From positions 26,536,001 to 26,600,000 of the forward strand of contig NC_043001.1 in NCBI RefSeq assembly GCF_006345805.1: a stretch of DNA of 64,000 nucleotides, written 5' to 3'. The first letter of the stretch is position 1. Each line of letters starts with the position of its first letter. The position numbers were made by a program, and so were the translations under genes. Positions 35,802 through 49,294 of the stretch are shown one piece after another. A model generated the notes under the pieces. That model saw only the letters and a list, made by a program, of their open reading frames with translations, ran no database searches and was not told the origin of the DNA. The DNA comes from Octopus sinensis (Eukaryota).

Positions 35802-38423
35802 TTTGGGTCTCAAGGAAGCAATGACCGAAACCTTAGGCATTATGTCAAGAAAACCCATCAAGCCAAGTGGAATTTCAGTCATAGCACGATACCGATGTCA
35901 TGCAAATGGCACCCATGCTGGTGGCACATAAAAGCACCCATTATATCCTTGGAGTGGTTGGTGCTAGGAAGGGCATGCCAAATCAGACTGGAATCTGGTT
36001 CAGTCTTCCAGCTTGCCAGCCCTGGTCAAACTGTCCAACCCATGCCAGTATGGACAATGGATGCTAAATGATGATGATATATTCATTCTGGTGCTCGTTC
36101 TGAATTCAAACTCAACTCAAGCATTAAGCTGTGATATTGAATATGTAATGAAAGCTATTCTGTAACTGATGGTGTCCGAGATTGAGGCCAGGTTATGCAT
36201 AAGTTTGGAACAAAGAAGTTGGAATGTGTATGTAATACTGAGGTAATACATAATATTCTATGCTAGAATAGTGGTGGGGAAAGACCTGTAACTTTCCAGT
36301 ATCCTTAAAATCCTTAAAAATGTTTTAGCCCAAAGGCTGCGGCTATGCTGGGGCACCAATGTTACATTGTCATTTCTGATAAACACCATACTAGTTTTGA
36401 AAATGTGGGAATAAAAATATTTTGAGGCAGGAGAAAGGGAATTCTTCAAATATCATCTAGCAATACAAACAAACTTTAGGATTGATATATAAATGACATA
36501 ATATTTAATATAGTTAAAAAAAAAAATAATCAACCGGACAGTTGCTAAGCTCCAATAATTGAAGTAAACATTTACAAAAATAAATAAAATTTAAAAAAAT
36601 GAAGACACAAACATTTGATATAAAAATTGATCATATTTTAATATGCAAAAATTGTAACAGTTCCATGCACAGCTGGGTAAACATGAAAATGATATAAGGA
36701 TGTCATAAGCAACTGATGCTTAAATAAAGTTTAAAACTTTTAGTCCCATTAATAATAATAATAATAATAATAATAACTGAGTATTTGTGTGATATAAACC
36801 AGTTACATCTCCAAAGCACTTAATAATTGATTAATGTTTACAAAGAATTTGCCCTAATAATAAATCAAATCGAGAGAAGAGCATGAGTATTTAATCTTAT
36901 ATTCAAGAGGAGGCATAAAAAATAAATACTTCAGTTTATATATCACAGGTAAAGAATTTAAGATGCAATCAATGATAGACCAGTTGTCCTGTTTTGAATA
37001 AGGACTAATCTAATTTTCAGATATATTTTTTAACACAAATGAACTGTTGTGACTAAGTTTAAACGTCAAACTTAAGTTTAAGTGAAATATGTATGTTATC
37101 AAACTATCAGAATTATTGTTTTGAAAAAACAAAACCCCAAAAAAAAGTAACAAGTCATTGGCCAAAGATTCATTGGTTTGTATCTTTAAATCTAAAATAG
37201 TGCACCTAAGAGTAAATAAAAAATCATTTGCATTAAAGCTCCTTGCTACAACAGCAAGGAGCTTATACTATAATTGAATGTTGTTTTAAACTTTCAAGTG
37301 TTCGACTCAAACCCTCCCAAGATGAAACTGGAATGAGGATGGATACATGCAGTACTATGTTAGGTGTATTAAAAATATTACTTTAATTTCTCTAAGAGAG
37401 ACCAATCAATCAAATATATAAAGTGACAGCTGATTCTAGGTTAGAGTTTGGGTTCATGTTTATAGTTAGAACAGTAAATATTACTGATAATTGAAAAACT
37501 GAAATGTTCCTATTTTTTTTACAGGTTTCAGCCATTAGACTAAAGTAATGCTAGGGCAGCACATTTAAGAGTATAGTGAATTCTATTAATTTTGTTTCAT
37601 GTTTGGCACTTTGATTTTCTGTTTTTTTCACTCCTGGATTGATGAAAGGCAAAGTCAACCAGGGCAGGATTTGAACCTAAAACTCATTAAAATAGTCCTA
37701 GTGTATTGTTTAAAAAATACCTTAATCATAAAACAGCTATATGTTCATCTGAGAAAATTAACTTGATTTTAAACATTGCACCAGAAGAATAATCAAGTAA
37801 TAAGTCTGATGGTTACTATATTGTGACATTCACCACAAAGCTTCTTTAATCAGAAACTTGACAATCTTTCTTCTGGTTTAAATAAAAATCATCACATCAC
37901 AATGTTATAAATCTAAATCTAGTGAACTTTGGACTTAATCTGATCTCACTTGGAAGAAACTTTTTAGTAATATATTTAAAATTTAAAATTACTGATGCTC
38001 TTATATACAATATGGCATTTAGATTATAATTTTATGCAATGATAGAAGGATTATAAAACATTCAATATTTGTATAGGGAAGAAAGCCTAACAAATATAGT
38101 TTTATGATGTTTAAAAAATTATTTGATGAAAAAATATCTTTTGTAAGTTGAATTTTTCTGAATTTGTTCATTTTTAGAATTTTTTTTAAATAGAAAAGGA
38201 CTTGAAAATGGATTTTTTTTTTTCATATTCTACAAAAGATACTCTAAAATAATTATTCTTTTAATTATTTGCATAGTACACAAAATATGCACATATTATA
38301 TAGAAGTTTTTAGATGAAGATGGCATACTTTATAGAATAAAGAAAATAATAGACAAAAACAAAAATTAAATCAGTTCACTTCATATAGTTTGAATCAGAT
38401 GCCTAGGAATTGTTCCAACATGA

Positions 38424-38599
38424 TTAGATTGAGATATATAGTTCTTTGTAATGCATAAAAGCAGCAATTAAAAACCAAAATGTTGCACCCCATAAATTCA
38501 TTAGGTAATGAGATACGTGATTGCTTTCTATTTTCCAGTATATTGGGAATTTGCAAACAAAGATTTCGTGGCCCATATACAATGCTATAGCATTCATCC
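38424..38599 (-). CDS. HGSNAT: HGSNAT last coding exon: GMNAIALYMGHEIF...HYKELYISI*
   Basis: tag|GG...TAA; GMN-x-I-x-x-Y-x-GHE motif. Confidence 0.95.
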
Positions 38600-38874
38600 C
38601 TACAACAGAAAGAGATACATAAATAAGCATTAAAATTGTAGTAATAGATTCCTATAAAGGCTTGCATTTTTTTTTTAACAAGACCAAATTTTATACAAGA
38701 GAAATATAATTAATTGATTTAGTACTGACATCTAACAGATATGGGGAAATGAGATCAGAGTTGACTGAGGTGACAACTGAACTCAGAATGTTGAAGAAAT
38801 AAATTGCTTACAGTTAACCAGCTCTGGCGTCCCCATCCCCCCACCAATAGGTATTATTATCTTGTTATATTGAA

Positions 38875-41430
38875 TTATGTTCTCCAAACTCACTGAAAGG
38901 AGACGGGTCAATGTATGCTGCATACAAGAGGTAAGATGGAGAGGAGCTTCAGCTAGGGTCCTCATAGGCAAGGTACATAGATATAAAATTTTCTGGCAAG
39001 GTAACATGGATGGAGTAGGGGGTACAGGCATACTCCTTGCGGAGAAATGGGTCATGGAGGTTGTCAAGGTGTGTGATAGAGTGCTTAAGTTCAAGCTAGT
39101 CCTGCAGAACAATTATAACAGTCTACGCCCCACAAGCGGGACTACCAAATGATCAGAAGGACCATTTTTATGATACCCTTCTACAAGCTATCTCAAAGAT
39201 GAGTGGCAATGACATCTTTGCAGCTGGATATTTCAATGGGCATGTTGGACGGAAATCTAGTATTTTCACTGGTGTACACGGGGGCCATGGTATTGGTTCC
39301 TGGAATAATGAGGGAACTAGGCTACTGGAGTTCTGTGATGCATGTAACCTTTCAATCTGCAACACTAAGTTCAGGAAGCCAGACAGCCACCTGATAACCT
39401 ATCAATCAGGTGACTGCTAGTGAAATTGATTTCATCCTCACCAGACAGCAGGGCGCAGGGTTGCTCTTAAATACAAAGACCCTCCCAGGTGAGGAATGCA
39501 CCCCCCCAGCATAGACTAGTCATTAGTGACTTTCGACTCGAGACCAGAACGATGCAAGAAGCAGACCAATCCAAAAGAAAAAGATTTGGAAGCTAAAGAA
39601 CCCGTAACATGGTCAGAGATTTAGGGACATTCTCATCAAGAAATTTGAGAGGGTGGAAGAGCTACAGTCCTTGGACATAGAAGGTAGCTGGAAATGTCTG
39701 TGGATGGTGCAAATTCCCTTCCAGACTTAGAGTAATGTGGTGGTGGAATAATATGGTAGACAAAGCCATCAGAGCAAAGAAACAGGCTTGGAAAGCCTGG
39801 AAGGGTGGGGGTAGCAGGGAACTGTACTAGATAGCCAAAAGGGAGGCCAGGCAACAGGTATACATAGCCAAGGAAGAAGTTTGTCAATATCCAGTGATGT
39901 GAGGACCAAAGAACTGAAGTATTTCGGATTGCAAGACAGTGTGTGAGAGAAAGTTGTGATGTCACAGGAGAGAAATGTGTCTGCATGGATGATGGGGCAT
40001 TCTCATCAAGAAATTTGAGAGGGTGGAAGAGCTACAGTCCTTGGACATAGAAGTTGATTCTGAAAAGAAAGAGGCTTGGAGAAGCCATTATGAAAGACTG
40101 CTGAATGTGGAGAACGAATGGGAGGAGGAGAGCCAGCCAAATGCTGATCCAGTAGAGGGAGCAGCTATCAGAATAGACAGCACCCTGGTAGATAAAGCAA
40201 TTAAGGGTATGAAGCCAGGAAAAGCCCCTAGCCCATCAGGAATCACTGCCGAGATGCTTAAAACATCTGGTGGTGTGGGCTATGGCCTAGTCACCTGTAT
40301 TGTAAACCAGGTAGTTCATGATGGAGTCATACCCAATGACTGGTGTAGCAGCACCATAGTCAACTGTTACAAAGGTAAAGGTGAATGTTTTAGCTAGAAA
40401 TAACTATAGGGGTATCAAACTGCTGGATCAGATGATGAAGGTCATGGAGAGGGTCATAGCCCAACTAATTAGGGAGAGCATCAACTTAGATGAGATGCAG
40501 TATGGTTTTGTGCCAGGTAGAAGCACCACTGATGCTACATTCCTGATACAGCAACTGCAGGAGAACTACCTAGCCAAAGATAAACCCCTATACTTGGCTT
40601 TGTGAACTTGGAGAAAGCCTTTGACAGGGTCTGCCAATCCCTTATCTGGTGGGCGATGCAGAAACTGGTGATTGATGAAAAGTTAAGGGCTATACAGGGC
40701 CTATACAGAGATGCCATTAGAAGGGTTAGGATTGGCAATGAGTATAGTGAAGAATTCCAGGTAGTTGTAGGGGTCCACCAAGGATCAGCCCCCTCTTATC
40801 ATAGTCCTCCAAGCAATAACATAGGATTTCAAGATAGGTTGCCCCTGAGAGCTCCTCTATGCTGATGACCTGGCCCTCATAGCAGAATCACTACCAGAAC
40901 TAGAGAAGAAATTTCAAGTGTGGAAGCAAGGTTTAGAAGCAAAGGGCCTTAGAGTCAATGTTGCAAAGACCAAAGTTCTAGTAAGTAGGAAGGCGAACAC
41001 ATCACACACCCTTTCAGGTAGGTGGCGCTGTTTGATCTGTAGAAAAGGTGTAGGTAGAAACTCCATAAGAAGTACCCAGTGTAAGCTATGGACACATAAG
41101 AGGTGCAGCAACATCAAAGGAAGATTAACCGAGAAGATAGCTTTTGTGTGCAGCAGATGCATAGGGACAATAAACACCACAGACGCTCAGAAAACAGATT
41201 CCGTCACATGCCAGGGGGAGAAACTAGAAGTAGTTGATAGCTTCCACTACCTAGGTGACCAAGTCTGTAGTGGGAGTGGATGCTCAGAGAGTGCTACTAC
41301 TAGAATAAGAATAGCCTGAGCAAAGTTCAGAAAGCTTCTACCCCTACTGGTGACAAAAGGCCTCTTGCTCATAGTGAAAGGTAGATTGTGTGTGGACTGC
41401 CAATGGATGTTAAGTGATGATGATGATATC
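38875..41430 (+). mobile_element. Decayed RTE-clade LINE (APE endonuclease + RT pseudo-ORF) in the last HGSNAT intron
   Basis: CCIQEVRW, GTRLLEFC, GKAP, NYRGIKLL, QYGFVPGRST, EKAFDRV, YADD (about 40858-40869), EKLEVVDSFHYLG; many stops and frameshifts; (GAT)n tail. Confidence 0.92.
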
Positions 41431-43026
41431 CTATCTGTTCATCACAATCACTGGGGTTGGCATAGTTTATGGCTCTGTGTAGAAACTGGGGAGGAGGTGG
41501 AATGGTGCATGGGTTAACAGGTTTATTCTTTCACTAATTTTGTTTTTGGTAACTTTAGCTGATGGCATTGGTGGGGTAACTTGGTGCTTGGGTTTTGTGT
41601 CTATATGGTTCTTCTCACTAAAGTTATTTTCACACAATATGTAACATTTATAAGTGGCTTCTCAGGTCCTGTGAAACCATCCAACCCATGCCAACATAGA
41701 AAACAGATGTCAATTGATGATGATGATGATATATCCTCATGCATTACGCCTTTATCTTTCTACTCTGTTTCTGCAGCCGACTCAAACCTATCATCTCTTC
41801 TCACTGTCAGTGACATTGTTACCACTGTACTGCCAGTATCCCTGTATCCTCCCCAATTTGTGCACCCACTTCCCTCAATTTTTACAGATGTTACCTACTT
41901 CCCTCTCTCATTTCCCCCACTGCTCTTGCAACCCTGCCCAATTCCCCTACTACGACTCTTGCTACTTGTGGTGCCACATACACACCTCAGTACCACTGTC
42001 CATCTCCTTGGGTATATCTCTAATTCATTCTCACTAGCTCTCCTAAAAGCGAGTAGTCATGTAGCTCCTCTACAATAAGAACCTGCTTCCTCATACCATA
42101 ACTCCCAGGTGAATACAAAGGCAGCATCTTCCCTCACTGGGTTTGTTGTCTTGTGAGCTACATGGTGACCTCATTAGTGCTGGTGGCATGTAAAAAGCAC
42201 TCAGTACACACTGTAAAGTGGTTGACGTTAGGAAGGGCACTCAGCTGTATAACCCATGCCAAAGCAGACACTGGGGTACAATGCGGGTTTTAGCCCATGC
42301 ATTATATAGAAATTCCAATTAATGATGTGTAATGCATGAGCTAAAACCAAAAAAATTTCTCATCTTGAAAACTGTACATGTCAAAAAAACTAATTGTATA
42401 TTTAAAATCAGCATTAAAAAACTACACTAAGCACATCTTGACATATGCTTGATGAAAAATACTTGTTGACCAGTGTTATGTGTTAAGTTAAATCAAACAA
42501 TTAGAATGTGTAACAAAACTAAACCAATTAGCTTGTGGGGGAATCATGATAACCATTATATATCATCATCGATTAACGTCTATTTTCCATGCTGGCATGA
42601 GTTGGACGGTTTGACTGGGGTCTCAAGCCAGGAGGTTGCACCAGGCTCCAATCTGATCTGGCAATGTTTCTACAGCTCGATGCCCTTCCTAACGCCAACC
42701 ACTCCAAAGGTGTAGTGGGTGCTTTTTAAGTGCCACCAGCACAGGAGCCAGTTGGGATGAGGAGGCTGGCATCAACCACGTTTGAATGGTGCTTTTTATG
42801 TGCCACCGGCATGGGAGCCGGTCAGGCGGTGCTGTCATCAGCCATGTTTGGATGGTGCTTTTTACGTGCCACCCACTGGCACAGGGAGCCAGTCAGGCGG
42901 CACTGGCAATGACCCATGCATGAATGGTGCTTATTGTGTGCAACCAGCATGGGAGCCAGTCAGGCAGCACTGGCATCAGCTACAACTACAATTTCCATTT
43001 GATAGTGGTTTGATTTGATTTTGATA

Positions 43027-43066
<40 letters not shown>

Positions 43067-43272
43067 CTCTCTCTTTCAGAGAGGCACTGAGCAGCTATAC
43101 GCACACATACACACACGGCAGTAAACTCCTGCCTACCGAATTCAATCACAAAGCTCCGGTCGGCTCAGGGCTATAGTGGGAGACACCTACCCAAAGTGCC
43201 ACGCAGTGGGACTGAACCCGAAACCATGTAGTTAGAAAGCAAGCTCCCTAACCACACAGCCATGCCCACACC

Positions 43273-43351
<79 letters not shown>

Positions 43352-43398
43352 GTAACTTTTGTTTTATTTTGAGATAAAATTTGTGTGAAATGACTTAC

Positions 43399-43511
43399 CT
43401 GCCCAGGTAAATGGTATTCCAGACCAAATGTTCCCTACATCAATTGCAAGATAACAGAGAGCAAGCACGAAGAAAGCTAATGAAGCTGCTGCAAAAATGA
43501 ATGAGACAGAC
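43399..43511 (-). CDS. HGSNAT: HGSNAT exon: SVSFIFAAASLAFF...IDVGNIWSGIPFTWA(G)
   Basis: cag|G...G|gtaag; WS-x-S and W-x-G-x-PF motifs. Confidence 0.94.
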
Positions 43512-44189
43512 CTGAAAAACAAATGGAATTCTTTAGAATAATTTCAAATTTATTGTAGTAGATTAGCCTCAAGTCAACTCAGATTGAGAAGGCATATATT
43601 GAAAATTGTTCTGGCTTTCTAACTGAGTCATTCTTATCAGTGGTGGGGATGTTAAATTAGAACCCTTTTCACTTAGTCCCTGCCCCCAACATTAAATTAG
43701 ACAAGTTTAAATAGAAATGTTTCAAATTTGTTAAACTCATTCCTTCATTAGTCACTATTTTAGAAAAGCTTTTGGCACTGTCATGTCTTAATGAATATAC
43801 AGAACCATATAGCATTGAAACAAATGAGGGAGCAAGTATCTTTAGTCATAGCATCAAGTTGATCAAAACCTTGAGACTGCGATTGGGTAGATGAAAAAAG
43901 GGTTGTTTGGTGCTAGACTTAATCCATCACTCAGTTTAAATTTAACACCTGGCCTTTGACTAGAGTTTGTTGCAAGAATTCAGGCCAGGTTTCTCTAACC
44001 TTAGGATAACTTCCACCCAGCAATTTTAGAAACTCTGAAAGGAATTTCCAAGCTTTTTTAGCAACCACCAAATTACAAATCATGGAACTCTAGAGATCTT
44101 CTGCAAGGTCAATGAATGATAGAGTGGCTTGCTCTAAGAGCTTCACCTGGAGTTGTCACACTAAGAGAACATTTGTAGTATTCTCTCCT

Positions 44190-44800
44190 GGCAATATTGC
44201 ATCTCAACTGATTCACTTTCTAATTAGATGTGCTAATAACTATTACTTTTGTAACTTGGTCCATTAATTTGATGCCTCTGTAGTTGCTTCTTTCAAGAGC
44301 ATCTCCTTTGCTTTTGTAGCAGCTGATGATGATACTGATAGATAACATCTCTCTGAATTGATATACTAGGTAGTATCCTACTTCAGCAGCTGTTTTTAGG
44401 ATCACAGCAGCTATCCCTGACAGCATATTCTTAATGATACTTTCAACTTTATAAACTGGGTTTATTTGAAGTAGCTCATCTCTTGTGCATTTTACTTATT
44501 CCAGAAACTGCTCATAGTATTTCCATGTCTCTCTCTTCATGGCATCAGTGAGAGCAAAGTGCATCACTGCCATACTGTATACACTTATCAACAACAACCT
44601 CTTGCTTTGCAATCTGGAACACCCTATGCCTTTGCAGAACACTGACAAACTTCTTATTTTCAGCTTCTCTCTTTGGATAAGGTCTCAAAGCATCTTGCCA
44701 CTTGTCATGGTCCATTATCACCAGGCAAATGATAACTGAGGAAAATTGCCAATCTTTGTTGTTGTGTCAGAATTTTGACATGGTTTCCATAACCAGGTTC
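44190..44800 (-). mobile_element. RTE LINE remnant
   Basis: SCYKSKGDALERSNYRGIKLMDQV on the minus strand. Confidence 0.75.
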
Positions 44801-45021
44801 CGTTCCTAGCACCAACTGCTCTACCCGTATCAGTGGTTATCTGGTACTGGACTAAAGAGACTCCTCTATCTTGTATCAGCTTCTTTTTTTTATTCCAGAG
44901 TTACTACTTTTCTTCGTGGGTTGGTTGCACACTTCTTGTAAAATCAACATCTGTTCAATAAAATGAAACTGAGGTAAAATGATATAGCAAAAACGAAAGG
45001 TTTAAGTAAATATATACATAC

Positions 45022-45092
45022 CAAAGATTTTTGTTGAGTGGAATAATTCCTTCATCTTTTGAAGCTTCTGACAAGCCCAACGCAATAGCACC
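45022..45092 (-). CDS. HGSNAT: HGSNAT exon: GAIALGLSEASKDEGIIPLNKNL(W)
   Basis: tag|GGT...TG|gtatg; IP-x-NKNLW motif. Confidence 0.95.
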
Positions 45093-46702
45093 CTATAAAA
45101 TAGGAAGATTTGAATGTCAGATAAAACACACAATTTCCTTTTTTTTTTTTTTTGTTTGTTACTTGTTTAGAGATGTTTATCTGAAACAATAAATGAATTC
45201 TAGGTTTGCATCAAGTACTGAAACTTAGTAACAATACACACACACACAAGTATAAAAATAATATAACAAAAGGGTGGAGGATATCAAGCTTTAATAGTAG
45301 ATCACAACAATTGTTTCTGCACTGCACACCAGCTTTAAATTGCTGAGTTTATATTCTATTCATAAACCAGTATAAAGATCATTCTTTATAGTTATTCAAA
45401 TGTGTATCCAGCCCTGGTATATATCCTACTGTAGAATAACATGTGGTAGCCAAATACCAAAACAAGATATGTATACGTATGTATATATATATATATATAT
45501 ATATCATCATCGTTTAACATCCGCTTTCCATGCTGGCATGGGTTAGACGGTTTGACTGGGGACTGGTGAGCAAGATGGCTGCACCAGGCTCCAATCTGAT
45601 CTGGCAGAGTTTCTACAGCTGGATGCTCTTCCTAATGCCAACCACTCCGAGAGTGTAGTGGGTGCTTTTATGTGCCACTGGCATCAGGACCAGTCAGGTG
45701 GTACTGGCAATGGCCATGCTCAAATGGTGTTTTCTATGTGTCACCTGCACAGGAGCCAGTCCAGTGGCACTGGCAACACCCTTGCTCAAATGTTTTTCAC
45801 GTACTACCAGCACAAGTTCCAGTAAGGCAATGCTAGTAACGATCACGCTCGAATGGTGCTTTTTACGTGCCACCGGCATGGGGGCCAGTCAGCAGCCTTG
45901 GCAACGATTATGCTCAGATGGTGCTCTTAGCACTCCACTAGCACTGATGCCAGTCATGTGGCGCTGTCATCGAATTTGATTTCGATTTCACTTGCCTCAG
46001 CAGAGTTTAGTTTCCAATGAAGGAAAGGTATGCCTAAGCGGACTGCTTACACCCCTGGCATAGGCCACAGGTTATGGTCTCACTTGGCTTGCTGGGTCTT
46101 CTCAAGCACCGCATATTTCCAAATGTCTCAGTCACTAGTCAAGTGCCAGTAAGATGATGCTGGTAATGATCACGCTCGAATGGTGCTTTTTACGTGCCAC
46201 CGGCACGTGTATGTATTATCATTGTATGAACCAAGCACAAAGAAGACATAAATATATACGATCATCATCATCATTAGTTCAACATCCACTTTTCCATGTT
46301 TACCTGGGTCAAACAGAATTTTGTCAAGGGAGATTTTTTTGTGGCAGGATGCTGTTCTTGCCACCAACCTTCACCTGTTTCCATGCAAGGTTAATATTTC
46401 TTTATGACCAGACACACAAGACTGGAAACAAAGGACAGTTTGCACGATGATGACACTCACTCACAACTACCACACCATGTCAACTACAACAACATTCAGA
46501 TCATAATGATTTACTTGCATGGAAATGAAAAGTACTCTGAAATCGTTATGTCAACTTCTGTGTGTGCTGACACTGAAAGAAAAGAGTGATTCATCACCTG
46601 TTAGGTCTAAATTGGAGAGAATTATCTTGAGCAAACCAAAACATGACAAAATATACAATATTGCATGTATATGGTGAGAGGCAGCCTTATAAAAGCAATA
46701 AA

Positions 46703-48100
46703 CATCATCATCGTTTAACGCCCGCTTTCCATGCTAGCATTGGTTGGACGGTTCAACTGGGGTCTGGCAAGCCCGAAGGCTGCACCAGGCCAGGCAGTGT
46801 TTCTACAGCTGGATGCCCTTCCTAACGCCAACCACTCCGAGAGTGTAGTGGGTGATTTTATGTGCCACCGACACAGGTGCCAGACGAGGCTGGCAGACGG
46901 CCACGCTCGGATGGTGTTTTTTTATGTGCCACCGACACAGGTGCCAGACGAGGCTGGCAGACGGCCACGCTCGGATGGTGTTTTTTATGTGCCACCGACA
47001 CAGGTGCCAGACGAGGCTGGCAGACGGCCACGCTCGAATGGTGTTTTCTATGTGCCACCAACACAGGTGCCAGACGAGGCTGGCGAACGGCCACGATCGG
47101 ATGGTGTTTGTTATGTGCCCATAGCACGGAGGCCAGTCAATGCGGTACTGGCTACGGTCACGTTCGGATGGTTTTCTTATGTGCCACCGGCACTGGTACC
47201 ACAAGGATACAAATTCCATTGATGTTCATCTATTTTGATTTGGTTTGATTTGATTTGATTTTCACTTGCCTCAACAGGTCTTCACAAGTGTCACAAGAAG
47301 GAAGGTATGCACAGGTGGACTGACTACGTCCCAGGTAGGGGCTACGGGTTATGGCCTCACTAGTCTTGCTGGGTCCTCTCATGCACAGCATACTTCCATA
47401 GGTCTTGGTCTCTAGTCATTTCCATGGTGAGGCCTAACGTTCGAAGGTCGTGCTTCACCACCTCATCCCAGGTTTTCCTGGGTCTACCTCTTCCACGGAT
47501 TCCCTCAACTGCTAGGGATTGGCACTTTCTCACACACCTATCTTCATCCATTCTCGCCACATGACCATACCAGCGCAATCGTCTCTCTTGCACACCATAA
47601 CTGATGCTTCTTAGGTCCAACATTTCTCTCAAGGAACTAACGCTCTGTCGAGTAAGTACACTGACATTACACATCCATCAGAGCATACTGGCTTCATTCC
47701 TCATGAGCTTACGCATGTCCTCAGCAGTCACGGCCCATGTTTCACTGCCATGTAGCATGGCAGTTCGTACACATGCATCAAACAGTCTGCCTTTTACTCT
47801 GAGCGAGAGGCCTTTAGTCACCAGCAGAGGTAATAGCTCCCTAAACTTTGCCCAGGCTATTCTTATTCTAGCAGTTACACTATCAGCGCACCCACCCCCA
47901 CTACTGACTTGGTCACCTAGATAACGGAAGCTATCAACTACTTCTAGTTTTTCCCCCTGGAAAGTGACGGAAGTTGTTTTCTGCAGATTTTTGGAGGTCA
48001 ATGCTCCTGAGCATCTGCCACATACAAAAACTATCTTCCCAGTTAGCCTACCTTTGACATTGCTGCACCTCTTATGTGTCCATAGCTTACACTATGGACA
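46703..48100 (-). mobile_element. 5'-truncated RTE LINE with complete 3' UTR
   Basis: LEVVDSFRYLG...LRWYGHV...GRPRKTW...LWKYAV* continues into a roughly 650-bp UTR with four 63-bp repeats and a (GAT)n tail. Confidence 0.92.
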
Positions 48101-48263
48101 CATAAATTAAACTTTTATGATAGTAAATAAATTATCATCATTGTTTTAATAGCCACTTAATCCTTGATGCTCTAGGTAAGGGCTTGGACTTTACACAACA
48201 AGAAACTAATTATTTGAATGGAATAAATAAAACGGTAAAATCAATAAAGTAATTGTAACTCAC

Positions 48264-48338
48264 TATAACAACACCCCAGATACAAAATCGTTTCACTCTT
48301 TCTGAATGCATCCGAAACATAAGAAATATTTTTCCTGC
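48264..48338 (-). CDS. HGSNAT: HGSNAT exon: AGKIFLMFRMHSERVKRFCIWGVVI
   Basis: cag|GCA...ATA|gtgag; QAGKI motif across the junction. Confidence 0.93.
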
Positions 48339-49169
48339 CTGAAAGGAAAAAAAAAAACATCCTATAAATTATAAAAATCAAATCATGAAACTGTCTCAAA
48401 TTCCTTTCCTGTTTGCTTCAACATTACGAAGAAACAATAATAAAACCTATCTAGAAAACATTATGGCACCCCATTCCCCTCTAAACATGAGCAGCACTGA
48501 ACTGGAACCCTCAAGATCATGACACATGTCAGCCCTCCCCAACACTGTGAATATCTCTTGATAAACACAAATCTTCAACATAGCTGAAACTGCATCACAA
48601 TGACTAGTCTTTCTTTCAAAGCCAGAAAATACTTCAGCTTCCAACAACTACTAACTCTCTATAAAGCTCAGGTGACACCACAATGGTGTACTGCTCATAC
48701 ATTTAGCATGTTGTATCCAGTGTAGCCACAGAATCCAAAACTGCATCCAAGAGAGGCCACTTGACTGATTGGCATAAAGCCACTCACCAACTCACATTAA
48801 TTTCTAGCCCACAGGACTATGTAGTATCATCAGAATATTTGTGTCATTTCCATTCAGTTACATATATTTCTTCTTGTTATCCATACTGACCTCATCTCCA
48901 TTTATTTAGGTGACATGGATGGTCAAATATAAAGTAGACTTTCTGTCAGAGAACTAACAGTGATTTGACTAACTGCTATAAATGAAAAATTCATGAAGCA
49001 GCAGCTACAGGATCATAAAGAAGTGGATACAATACTGATTGAACTCTTAGTTATATTTCTAATGAGATAAACAGCTATTTTTTTAATCACCAATTGCAGT
49101 GTGGAATGTGTTTATATGCCATTTAAGAAACACAAAAAACGTTAGATTCACTTCAACATTTAAATTTAC

Positions 49170-49222
49170 TTTTGTCAAAATATTTTCGTCGCTTTGAGAC
49201 CGCAACCTGTTCACTGACAAAA
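49170..49222 (-). ncRNA. Predicted minimal hammerhead ribozyme variant (G3-C8)
   Basis: TTTTGTCA-GTGAACA-G-GTTGC-ggtctcaaa-GCGAC-GAAA-ATATTT-TGACAAAA on -; 8-bp stem I. Confidence 0.6.
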
Positions 49223-49241
49223 CTGCCAGTGCAGCATGAAG

Positions 49242-49294
49242 TTTTGTCAGTGAACAGGTTGCGGTCTCAAAGTGACGAAAATATTTTGACAAAA
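49242..49294 (+). ncRNA. Predicted minimal hammerhead ribozyme variant (G3-C8)
   Basis: TTTTGTCA-GTGAACA-G-GTTGC-ggtctcaaa-GTGAC-GAAA-ATATTT-TGACAAAA; stem II has two G-U wobbles. Confidence 0.55.

Noticed and set aside
41581-42078. 165-aa and 107-aa ORFs
   Set aside because: They span RTE tail fragments and pyrimidine-rich degenerate repeat; no recognisable domain.
46861-47113. Regularly spaced repeats reminiscent of a CRISPR array
   Set aside because: Contiguous tandem units with no unique spacers, in a eukaryotic LINE UTR, with no cas genes.
46731-47248. Overlapping repeat-protein ORFs (VPPTQVPDEAG...)
   Set aside because: They lie in the RTE 3' UTR tandem array, open in several frames on both strands.
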